A stretch of DNA of 64,000 bases from Eledone cirrhosa (Eukaryota). The position numbers were made by a program, and so were the translations under genes. A model generated the notes under the pieces. That model searched no databases. It saw only the letters and a list, made by a program, of their open reading frames with translations, and had not been told where the DNA came from. The stretch spans positions 68,076,001 through 68,140,000 of the forward strand of contig OZ024741.1 of the NCBI GenBank assembly GCA_964016885.1, in the 5' to 3' direction. Positions 48,522-58,283 of this stretch are shown piece after piece; within the stretch, counting starts at the first letter, position 1, and each line of letters starts with the position of its first letter.

Positions 48522-51500
48522 TTTGCATTTATCTTGCTTTATGTTTATACGAGTTATCACCAAGTCACAACCAGTGACCTCAAGAGACAACAAGGTCCGC
48601 CATGTTCAAGAAAGAACACACATATTCACACATGCATCCTTAGTGTTTAGACTTGTGATGTACTTATATTGACAGGATCTTCCTTAGTATATGGGCAGTT
48701 CCCATTAGTACTATCTTTTGTATTTCTCCTATACGCGGGTTTCCTGGGATTTGCGATAAGTAGTCGTTAGACCCCTTAGGTATCATTCCCAGAGCGCCTA
48801 CAACCACTGGTATTGTTTTAGTTCTCAATTTCCACATTTTTCCAATTTCTATCTCCAGGTCCTTATACTTGCTCAATTTTTCAAATGTTTTTATAGATAC
48901 ATTCTTGTCTATTGGAACAGACATATCAATTAGCAGGCATACCCTCCTTTGAAAGTCCTTCAATATTATATCAGGTCTATTTGCATCTATTTTTCGGTCT
49001 GTTTGGATGCTAAAGTTCCACAAGATTGAGATGTGATCTTTTTCAAGTATGGGAGGTGGTTGATGCTCCCACCAATTCTTTTGATGGGGCAGGTCAAAAT
49101 GCTTGCACATTATCCAATGTATGTATTGTGCAGCTCTGTCATGCCTGTTTAGGTATTCGGTTGGAGCTATAGGACTGCACATTGAAATTATATGGTCAAT
49201 GGTCTCTGGTTGTTTTTTGCATACACGGCATAATGGGCTGCACCCATTTTTTATTATGTTGGCTTGGTAATTTTTTGTTGGCAGACACTGATCTTGTGCG
49301 GATATAATCAGTCCTTCAGTCTCCGATTTCAGTCCAAAGGATGCCAACCACTGATGGGTTAAAGTTTTGTCAACATCAGGATTGTTAGCTCGCTCTGGGT
49401 ATTTTCCATACAGAGGCTTTTCTTGCCATTTCTTAGCCAGTTTCTGTAGCAGTTCTTTCTTTGCAGTTACTTTTACCTGCTTTGCTTTTTCTGTGTTTTC
49501 CATTTCAGCAGTAAATGGGACTTCTGAAATTTGTAGTCCATTACTGTATCTTTGTGCATCTTTTGTAATGGAATATGATCTTTTGGTGCTTTCGTGTTTC
49601 AAAACGAGTTTGATCATCCAATCATGTGATTCCCTTAGATATGTGGATAATCCAATTGTTGCAGTTTTCAACGCAATGTCTAACTGGATTAACCCACGTC
49701 CTCCTTCTTTCCTAGGGAGATATATTCTATCTATGTCTGCCTTAGGGTGATGCATTCTGTGCATGGTTAAGAATTTTCGGATTTTTGTATCGAGCCTACG
49801 GATCTCTGTGCTTGACCAGTTGATGACATTGTAACTGTAGGTTACTACTGGTATGGCAAGCGTGTTTATGGCATCGATCCTATTCCTTGCATTCAATTCG
49901 GTTCTTAAGATTGCTCTGACTCTGCGGTAACATTCCTTCCTTATCCTTTCCCTCATTGTCGAGTGCTTGATTCCGTCTCCTTCACAAACACCTAGATATT
50001 TGTAAGTTTGTTCTTGATCAAACTCTCTTATCACGTTCCCCCGATCAAGATTAATGTCTGAACTCTTCAGCAGCTTTCCTCTGGTGAACGTTGCTTTAGC
50101 GCATTTATCCAGTCCAAACTCCATTTTAATGTCATCACTGAACTGCTTCACAGTGGATAATAGCCCTTGCAATTGTTCATCATTTTTTGCAAATAGTTTC
50201 AGGTCATCCATGTAGAACAGGTGATTAATGGTTTTGTCATAGACTCTATATCCATGTTTTGTTTCATTGAGCATTTTACTTAATGGTATAAGTGCGATGC
50301 AGAATAAAAGCGGTGATAAAGAGTCACCCTGAAAAATTCCACAATTAATGTTAACTTCTTCAGCTTCCAGTGATTTTGTTTCACTATTCAAAAGGAGTGT
50401 CGTTCTCCATGTCCTCATACTGAATGACAAAAACCTCCTGATAACGGGGGATATTTTGAAAATCTCTAAACATTTTTCAATCCAACTGTGTGGCAAACTA
50501 TCAAATGCTTTTTTATAATCTATCCAAGCAATCGATAGATTTTTGTGTCTATTATGACAATCTTCCAGTATCATTTTGTTAACCAGAAGCTGATCCTTAC
50601 AGCCATATGAGCCTCGTTTACACCCTTTCTGCTCAATGGGAAATAGGTCATTTGTTATCAGGTGGTCATATGTGTATTCAGTTAGGACTGATGTTAAAAT
50701 TTTATACATTGTGGTCAAGCAGGTTATCGGTCTGTAATTTTTGGGATTGTTTGTCTCATCATTCTTCGGTAGCAGGAATGTAATGCCGTTAACTAGCCAT
50801 GATGGTATCTTTTCTGGCTCCTTAACTATTTCATTGTAAAGTTGGGCTAACAGCTCATGAGACTCTGTGAAGGCATTTATCCAAAAGTTTTGTATTTTGT
50901 CTTTTCCTGGGGATTTCCATTTGCTGGTTTTTCTTAGAGCCAAGCGCAGCTGTTCAACTGTTATATTTTCCCATGTTTGTTCTTCAAGGTGAGCTGTTTC
51001 TTTCATTTGTCTGTCTATCCATGGGGCATGTATGTTATGAACTTTTTCTTCGGCCCAGATCTTTTCCCAGAATTCTTGCACTTCCTCCTTGGGTGGTATT
51101 GATTTAGCAGTTATTGTTGACTTACCAATTTTTCTGTAGAAGTTTCTTTGGTTGTTTTTGAACATATTATTGTCCTTATAGAATCTAGATCGTTTTTCAA
51201 AGCGCCTTATACGAGCAGCTTTGGCCGACACTTTTTGCTTGATTGTTTCTATCAGCATGTCTATGTCACATGTTGATCTTATACTGTACTTTTTTTTCAA
51301 TTTTCTAAGTTTAGTTTGTTTAACATGTTCACCTACTTTATAGTTTGTTAAAATTTCTATGTCAGATCGGAGAAGGTTTATTTGGCGATTGATGTTATCT
51401 TGCCAAGTAGATTTCTTGTGGGAATTCCTTTGTTTTTTCATCTTCACTCCACATAAGTGAGTGGTGACTTTAGCCGATGCATAATAGAGATGATTTAAGT

Positions 51501-52474
51501 CAGTAATGCTTAGTTTGTTTGTGATGATAATGTTTTTGAGAATTATGTTAGTCTTGTGTATTATCTTTTGGTTCTGTTTGGAGTTCTGGATCTTAGGGAG
51601 GGTGTCTCGTTCCCCCATGTCAGATTCTTTCATTTTCATCCATTCGATCATAATTTCATCCTTCAAGTTGGCAAGTTCATTCTCATTCATTTCTTTATCA
51701 TTTACGATCTCATTATTTTCATTTGGAGTTTCATCCTGAGCATGCACTCCCTCCACTTTTTCGCTCCTTTCTTTAATTTGTTCTGTTGCCAGTGATTCCG
51801 CCCCAACTCTGGGATTCGAAATGTTACAGTTTACCTCGTTTTCACTGACACATGCTTCATTTTCCCTTCGCTGACTTTGTGCTACTAGCTTGATCTGATC
51901 AATTTCTATATCAGTTAGTAACTTTTTTCTTACAATATTTCTTCGTATATTGGCTAGTTTGTTACTGTCAATATAGCCTCTGTTTTCGGGATGTTTCTTT
52001 TTCCAGTTGATATATGTTTGCTCTGTATTCGATGTATTTGATGGGTAGTACATGGCAGTGTAGAAAGCCTCAAGGACTTCTTTATTATCTTCCCTTGACC
52101 ATTTTTCTCTCTTTTTCTTTGGATTTCTTGGTGGTGAGCATGGAGGGCCAACAGTAGGAGTATTCCGGTTATGGGAGGTCTCCAGCTCCGAAGTGATGGG
52201 AAGGTTTGAACCATTAGCTGATTTTTCGACCCCAGTCTGGTTCCTCTCTGAGGGACGCGGCCCTTTTTTACCCGGGTGACGGCCGATCCGGTATGAGATT
52301 TCATCATTAGACATCTACTTTATTTTGTCGCGTTTTATCCTTATCCGCCAAGGGGTAATCTTTTCGTGTTACCACTTCTAGAACGAGTGTCAACCAAGAC
52401 TAGAGGGGTCGTTCTCCCCTAGAGACATGGCTATTCCCCGCCGGCCGCCATCCCGGTATTTCTTGGTCACGGGG

Positions 52475-52477
<3 letters not shown>
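48522..52477 (-). mobile_element. Full-length Dong/R4-like element (family B)
   Basis: Single intact ORF, short UTRs, (TAA)n at both ends. Confidence 0.93.
48664..52314 (-). CDS. R4/Dong polyprotein: RT + CCHC + restriction-like endonuclease
   Basis: [33 protein letters not shown]...ET..H...C, RPDII..LID...K..KY. Confidence 0.95.
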   Translation of the reverse strand: MSNDEISYRIGRHPGKKGPRPSERNQTGVEKSANGSNLPITSELETSHNRNTPTVGPPCSPPRNPKKKREKWSREDNKEVLEAFYTAMYYPSNTSNTEQTYINWKKKHPENRGYIDSNKLANIRRNIVRKKLLTDIEIDQIKLVAQSQRRENEACVSENEVNCNISNPRVGAESLATEQIKERSEKVEGVHAQDETPNENNEIVNDKEMNENELANLKDEIMIEWMKMKESDMGERDTLPKIQNSKQNQKIIHKTNIILKNIIITNKLSITDLNHLYYASAKVTTHLCGVKMKKQRNSHKKSTWQDNINRQINLLRSDIEILTNYKVGEHVKQTKLRKLKKKYSIRSTCDIDMLIETIKQKVSAKAARIRRFEKRSRFYKDNNMFKNNQRNFYRKIGKSTITAKSIPPKEEVQEFWEKIWAEEKVHNIHAPWIDRQMKETAHLEEQTWENITVEQLRLALRKTSKWKSPGKDKIQNFWINAFTESHELLAQLYNEIVKEPEKIPSWLVNGITFLLPKNDETNNPKNYRPITCLTTMYKILTSVLTEYTYDHLITNDLFPIEQKGCKRGSYGCKDQLLVNKMILEDCHNRHKNLSIAWIDYKKAFDSLPHSWIEKCLEIFKISPVIRRFLSFSMRTWRTTLLLNSETKSLEAEEVNINCGIFQGDSLSPLLFCIALIPLSKMLNETKHGYRVYDKTINHLFYMDDLKLFAKNDEQLQGLLSTVKQFSDDIKMEFGLDKCAKATFTRGKLLKSSDINLDRGNVIREFDQEQTYKYLGVCEGDGIKHSTMRERIRKECYRRVRAILRTELNARNRIDAINTLAIPVVTYSYNVINWSSTEIRRLDTKIRKFLTMHRMHHPKADIDRIYLPRKEGGRGLIQLDIALKTATIGLSTYLRESHDWMIKLVLKHESTKRSYSITKDAQRYSNGLQISEVPFTAEMENTEKAKQVKVTAKKELLQKLAKKWQEKPLYGKYPERANNPDVDKTLTHQWLASFGLKSETEGLIISAQDQCLPTKNYQANIIKNGCSPLCRVCKKQPETIDHIISMCSPIAPTEYLNRHDRAAQYIHWIMCKHFDLPHQKNWWEHQPPPILEKDHISILWNFSIQTDRKIDANRPDIILKDFQRRVCLLIDMSVPIDKNVSIKTFEKLSKYKDLEIEIGKMWKLRTKTIPVVVGALGMIPKGSNDYLSQIPGNPRIGEIQKIVLMGTAHILRKILSI

Positions 52478-52505
<28 letters not shown>

Positions 52506-52591
52506 GTTATTGTTATTCCTTGAATCTCAGTCATTGATGTTGGTTAACTGGAAAGTCCGTTGGATTGAATATCAAGCCACTACCTGCAGCC

Positions 52592-55500
52592 TCAGATATT
52601 CAGGACGTATCGGAGGGTTCTTGCCGTTCCAAGCAAGCATGCCTTTTGAAGCGTTCCAAAAAGCGTGAAGGGGCCGATTTTCTTTAACCATCCCTGGAAA
52701 CCTTTGGAGATAGTCCCCAGTGCGCCTATGACAATCGGGATCACTTTGACTTCATGGCAGTTCCAAATCCTTTTCACCTCCCACTTTAGGTCCTGGTATC
52801 GGTTAATTTTCTCCCTCTCCTTCTCTTGCACTCTCGTGTCGAACGGGCAGGCCACATCCACAATCAGGCACGATCTTTTTTCTTTGTCCACAACCACCAG
52901 GTCAGGTCTATTGTGTTCCAGTTTTTTGTCCGTCTGTATCCTAAAATCCCACAGCACCTTCACCTGACTGTTCTCTATCACCGCCTCTGGCCTATGCTCA
53001 TACCATTTCTCAGAATGTGGTAGATTGTTTACTTTGCACAGGTGCCAGTGGATCACCCTGCCCATCACATCGTGTCTCCAGCCCTTATAGTGGGTCTGGG
53101 CTAGGTGTTTACACTCGGACACAATGTGAGCCACAGTCTCCTCTCTCTCTCCACAGATCCTGCACAGTGGGCTAGCCTCCTCCTTGTAGATATGGTGCTT
53201 CAACCACTTCGTTTTGAGGGCCTGCTCCTGCGCATCCATTAGCATTCCTTCTGTAGCCTTTTTGAGGTCTCCTCTTCTCAACCAGTTCCATGTCTGTGGA
53301 TCTCTAAATTCAGTTTTCTCAAAGAAGGTACTATGAAGGGATTTTCCCTTAAGGCTGCTCTTCCTCCTTGATGTTATTTCCTCCTTGGGTATCCCCTGGC
53401 CTACTGTCCCCTCCTTCAGTACAGCTCTGAGCATTGGCTCCTTACTATAGGTCACGTATTTGTATAGGTTGTTTTTCTCCATCTGAACACAGTCCTCTAT
53501 GCTGATAAGACCTCTTCCACCCTCAGATCTCCTTAGGTAGAGTCTATCGACATCACTCCTCTTGTGGAACATGTTGTAGATAGTCAATAGCTTCCTAGTC
53601 TTCCTATCCATTTCTTTTTGTTCAGCAACATTCCATCTCAGGATTCCCGCACTGTACCTAATAATAGACACAGCTCGGGAATTTACTGCGCTTATGGCAT
53701 TTCTGCTGTTCAGATGTGACTTCAATACGCTCCTTACTCTCCGAATGTATTCAGTTCTTAACAATTCCTTCATTTTTTTGTTCTTTATGCCATCAGCCTC
53801 CAGAACGCCCAAATACTTGTATCCTTCCTCAGAGTCAATTTCCTTTATCATCTCACCTGTTGGTATCTGGATCCCGTTACTTCTGCTCAACCTACCCCTC
53901 CTCATCACAATGACTCCACATTTACCAATACCAAACTGCATACATATATCACTGCTGAAAATACGGACAGTGTCAACAAGCACATCCAACTCCTTCTCAC
54001 TTTTCCCGAAGAGCTTAAGATCGTCCATGAAGAGGAGGTGATTGATGGTAAGCTCTCCCCTTCCCAACTTGTATCCTGCTCTCACTTTTCGCAGCATAAT
54101 GGTCAAGGGCATCAGGGCAAGGACAAACAACAGAGGGGACAGGCTATCTCCCTGGAAGATACCTCTCTTGATCTTCACGCTTCCCAAGGATACTCCAGTT
54201 GATGTCAACTCTGTCTCCCAGGACCCCATACTCCTGCCTAGCAACTGTCTGATGTTATCTGCCACCCTGAAGATCTCCAGGCTTTTGGTGATCCAGGAAT
54301 GAGGCACCATGTCAAATGCCTTTCTGTAGTCTATCCATCCCATGGCAAGATCAGTGTGCCTCCTCCTGCAATTCCCCATTACCATCTTATCAATAAGCAA
54401 CTGGTCCTTTGTACCACGTGACTTCTTTCGGCATCCTTTCTGTTCGTCCGGCAACAAGTTGTTTGTGTGGAGGTGATGGTAGATTTCCTCAGACACAATG
54501 CTCGTCAACAGTTTCCACATTACGGGCAGACATGTGATAGGTCTATAGTTGGTAACATCATTACCCTTGATTCGGTCTTTCATTATCAGAACTGTGGTAC
54601 CTTTTGTCAACCACTCTGGCACCTCACCCGACACCAAGCAGTCATTGAACATGGCCGTCAGCTTCGGGTGGAGGGATGTTAAATGTTTAATCCAATACCC
54701 CTGCACACCATCTGGGCCTGGTGATTTCCAGTTGGTTAGTTTTTTGGCTTGCCCCTTAAGAGTTTCAACTGTGATACTCAAATCAGTCTGTTGCTGTGCC
54801 TGCTCACCGATCTCCCTCTGTACTGTCTCAATCCACCCTGCCTGGGCATTGTGTCTAACATCCTGCTCCCATATTCCTCTCCAGAATGTTTTAGCTTGTT
54901 CCGCCCCAGGGATCAAGTCGTTGCCTCTTTCTTTCCCCTCAAGCTGTCCAAACAGCATCTTCTGGTTGTTGTCGAACATGCGGTTCTGTTTATACTGACT
55001 GACTCTGTTCTCGTATCGCCTGATTTTGGCACTCTTTGCTACAATGCGTTGCTTCAATTCCTCTATGATAATATTTAGCTTTTTACTCCTAGTTTTGTAT
55101 TTTATTTCCAGTCTATTTTTAGTGCCTATGTTTTTTAGTGTCCTATTCAGTAGTGACTCAAGCTTTCCTATGTCATTTCTCATTTCCCCGATTTGCCCAC
55201 TCAGTCGCTTCTTCCACCACGGCTCTGCTCTTTCTTGTCTGTTGTTTCCTCTCGCTTTTATACCAAGTAGTTTCCTCACCGTATTTGCTGTTGCTTTGAG
55301 GATATTGTTGCACTGGTGAAGACTCCTCGCCTCAAGGTATGGGATGACTTTGTTTACCTTAGCTGTTGTTTCTTTTAACTTTTTCCTGTCTACAAATCTT
55401 AGGTTCATAGGTCTCCCACTATCATTGTTCAACTCATCTACCACTAAATTTAGGATGTCAACCGAATCTTGTCCTAGCCCGTCAGCATTCATCTCCTCAG

Positions 55501-55984
55501 TGGCCGTATCTCTGTTCCAGGTATTATTTGTCTCAGTATTCAGATCATTGTCTGCTTCGGGTGGTTCCTCCGTTCTCAGGACCTCCTCACCTTCATTTCC
55601 CGCCGGCTCGCTTGTCTGGCATACTACACCCGCCATCTCCAAGCCATTCTCTCTGCTCAGTTCCTCCAGTTCCAGCTCGCTTATCCACCCATTAGTTCTT
55701 ATTACCCGAGCCTGCCCGGCCAATTTTTGTTCATCTAATTTAAATAAACCAATCTCGTTCCAGATGTTATGCATCCGTCTCCTGTAGCCCCTCTCCTTGG
55801 GGTTACTTTTCAGGTAGCATTGCATAACAGTTCTATTCAATTCTTTCGTCCAGTTGGTTCTGGCCCCTTTCCTTCTTCTTCTTCCTCCAACATCAGCAGT
55901 ATTTGGTTGACAGTCAGGTTCCTGCTGCTGAGCCAGGGGGCACCTGTTGGGTGAGAGTCTGTCACATGACGTTCTAGTCTCCAT
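52592..55984 (-). CDS. R4/Dong polyprotein: RT + CCHC + restriction-like endonuclease
   Basis: [36 protein letters not shown]...C, RPDLV..IVD...K..RY. Confidence 0.95.
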   Translation of the reverse strand: METRTSCDRLSPNRCPLAQQQEPDCQPNTADVGGRRRRKGARTNWTKELNRTVMQCYLKSNPKERGYRRRMHNIWNEIGLFKLDEQKLAGQARVIRTNGWISELELEELSRENGLEMAGVVCQTSEPAGNEGEEVLRTEEPPEADNDLNTETNNTWNRDTATEEMNADGLGQDSVDILNLVVDELNNDSGRPMNLRFVDRKKLKETTAKVNKVIPYLEARSLHQCNNILKATANTVRKLLGIKARGNNRQERAEPWWKKRLSGQIGEMRNDIGKLESLLNRTLKNIGTKNRLEIKYKTRSKKLNIIIEELKQRIVAKSAKIRRYENRVSQYKQNRMFDNNQKMLFGQLEGKERGNDLIPGAEQAKTFWRGIWEQDVRHNAQAGWIETVQREIGEQAQQQTDLSITVETLKGQAKKLTNWKSPGPDGVQGYWIKHLTSLHPKLTAMFNDCLVSGEVPEWLTKGTTVLIMKDRIKGNDVTNYRPITCLPVMWKLLTSIVSEEIYHHLHTNNLLPDEQKGCRKKSRGTKDQLLIDKMVMGNCRRRHTDLAMGWIDYRKAFDMVPHSWITKSLEIFRVADNIRQLLGRSMGSWETELTSTGVSLGSVKIKRGIFQGDSLSPLLFVLALMPLTIMLRKVRAGYKLGRGELTINHLLFMDDLKLFGKSEKELDVLVDTVRIFSSDICMQFGIGKCGVIVMRRGRLSRSNGIQIPTGEMIKEIDSEEGYKYLGVLEADGIKNKKMKELLRTEYIRRVRSVLKSHLNSRNAISAVNSRAVSIIRYSAGILRWNVAEQKEMDRKTRKLLTIYNMFHKRSDVDRLYLRRSEGGRGLISIEDCVQMEKNNLYKYVTYSKEPMLRAVLKEGTVGQGIPKEEITSRRKSSLKGKSLHSTFFEKTEFRDPQTWNWLRRGDLKKATEGMLMDAQEQALKTKWLKHHIYKEEASPLCRICGEREETVAHIVSECKHLAQTHYKGWRHDVMGRVIHWHLCKVNNLPHSEKWYEHRPEAVIENSQVKVLWDFRIQTDKKLEHNRPDLVVVDKEKRSCLIVDVACPFDTRVQEKEREKINRYQDLKWEVKRIWNCHEVKVIPIVIGALGTISKGFQGWLKKIGPFTLFGTLQKACLLGTARTLRYVLNI

Positions 55985-56553
55985 TTCACCGTTATTCGAA
56001 CTGTTTATGTTCGATATTTAAACACTCTTATCGAGGATTGGCGAATGTATGTTTACATAGTCATCTGTGGATCCGCCATCCCACTTGGCCCTTGTGTGGC
56101 ATTATCACCACGCTGTATACGGACACACATAAACAAACAAACACACGGGCAGAAAGGGCCCCAAAAATGAATAAGCATAAGTTTCATTGTAATGTAGTAT
56201 TCGAATGTCTGACTTAGTTTTTGTTTTTTAAGTTTTACTTTTTCCCCCCTCTTCTCTGTCCGTCCGCCTGCTTCTCTCTTCATTCTTATTTTCTTTACGT
56301 TTTTGGGGTTTCTTTTTTTGTTTTTGTTTTTCTCTGTTTTTCTCGTTTTTTACTGTTGTTGCTGTGCTGCTTTTGTTGTTTGTTTTTTCTTTTTTCTTTT
56401 GAGTCTATCTATATATTTTGATGCCTTCCTCTTTGTTAGTAGTAGGAATTCTATAATGTGGAAGTGGTAGCCAGCAGAGACCGGCGGCGTTGGCGATACT
56501 GAGACAGTGGTGGTGGTGATGTCGATACCGAGGCAGTGGTGGCGGTGATGCGA

Positions 56554-57201
56554 CCGTATTACTGTAGTGATGGTGCTGTAGCGGTGGCAGCAGCAGTGAA
56601 GGAGTCAAGGGGTGGTGGCGGCGGTGATGGGATAGTGGTGGTAATGATGGCCGTAGTGAGCGGTGGCGGTGAAGGTGAAAATGCTGTTGTGTTCAGTGTA
56701 CACAGATGATGGGGTGGGTGGTGTATCTAGTTTCTGGTGTTGGTGAGTTTCGCTGTCCTATATAGTGTAGCCAGAGGAGAGGAGGGGGGGGGGGTTCTTC
56801 TTCTTCCATTTATAGCCATTTTATTTTTTTTTTGGATATACAGTGTACAATACAAAGTTGAATATTTGAATATTTGAGCCGTATTACTGTAGTGATGGTG
56901 CTGTAGCGGTGGCAGCAGCAGTGAAGGAGTCAAGGGGTGGTGGCGGCGGTGATGGGATAGTGGTGGTAATGATGGCCGTAGTGAGCGGTGGCGGTGAAGG
57001 TGAAAATGCTGTTGTGTTTAGTGTACACAGATGATGGGGTGGGTGGTGTATCTAGTTTCTGGTGTTGGTGAGTTTAGCTGTCCTATATAGTGTAGCCAGA
57101 GGAGAGGAGGGGGGGGGGGGGGTTCTTCTTCTTCCATTTATAGCCATTTTTTTTGGATATACAGTGTACAATACAAAGTTGAATATTTGAATATTTGAGC
57201 C
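56554..57201. repeat. 2 x ~325-bp tandem duplication in the 5' region of Dong A
   Basis: CCGTATTACTGTAGTGATGG at 56554 and 56879. Confidence 0.9.
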
Positions 57202-57371
57202 TTATAACAATATATTTTGGGTCCGAATTTTTTTGGGGCTCAAGCCGGGTGCTTTACGTAGCATTTGTACTAAGAGTTGTTATTTCACAAATGATTTAAA
57301 TATGTTAAAAATTCAAAACTTACGGGAGCGATTTCATGACCTCCGTCACCTCGTGCGTCTTCTTCTTCTTC

Positions 57372-57415
<44 letters not shown>

Positions 57416-57416
57416 G

Positions 57417-57813
57417 TTCTTTGAGTCTCAGTCATTGATGTTAGTTAACTGGAAAGTTTGTTGAAATGAATATCAAGACTGCAGCCTCAGATATTCAGGA
57501 TGTATCGGAGGGTTCTTGCTGTTTCCAGCAACCATGCCTTTTGAAGTGTTCCAAAAAGCGGGGCGGTGCCAATTTTCTTTAACCATCCCTGGAAACTTTT
57601 TGAGATAGTACCTAGTGCGCCTATGACAATCGGGACCACTTTGACTTCATGGCAGTTCCAAATCCTTTTTACCTCCCACTTTAAGTCCTGGTATCGCTTA
57701 ATTTTATCCCTCCCCTTCTCTTGCACTCTCGTGTCGAATGGGCAGGCCACATCCACAATCAGGCACGATCTTTTTTCCTTGTCCAAAACCAACAGGTCAG
57801 GTCTATTGTGTTC
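57417..57813 (-). mobile_element. Short 3' fragment of Dong A
   Basis: EHNRPDL...YILNI plus 3' UTR. Confidence 0.88.
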
Positions 57814-57827
57814 ATTATTATTATAAT

Positions 57828-57996
57828 AAAGAAGATTAATCCAGCCCCGCTTTTTGGAACACTTCAAAAGGCAAGCTTGCTGGGAACAGCAGGAACCCTC
57901 CGATACGTCCTGAATATCTGAGGCTGCAGGTAGCGGCTTGATATTCATTTCAACAAACTTTCCAGTTAAATAACATCAATGACTGAGACTCAAAGT
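57828..57996 (+). mobile_element. Short 3' fragment of Dong A, opposite orientation
   Basis: LFGTLQKASLLGTAGTLRYVLNI plus 3' UTR plus (TAA)n. Confidence 0.85.
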
Positions 57997-58283
57997 ATAA
58001 TAATAATAATAATAATAAAAATAATAATAATAATGATTTCTTTATTAACCACAAGGGTTTACATAAAGTAGACATTAAGGACAGTGCAGGACAATGCAGG
58101 ACGGTACAAATGGGCATTTCTGCGTGTAAAAAACAAAAACAGAGGATGTAACAAAAAATAACAATGGAAAATTCCCCAATAGGGGGAGACTTCGGAGGGA
58201 CATTTGTGGAGAAAGCCCAGTAAAAAGCCACAATGACCCTGACCACCAAGGCAAGTGCCCTCTCCCAGTTTTCCACCTTTAGT

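Larger units (their letters stand above)
52517..57360 (-). mobile_element. Full-length Dong/R4-like element (family A) with ~1.3-kb 5' region
   Basis: Intact ORF; (TAA)n tail; 5' junction at (TTC)n/(TTA)n. Confidence 0.9.
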
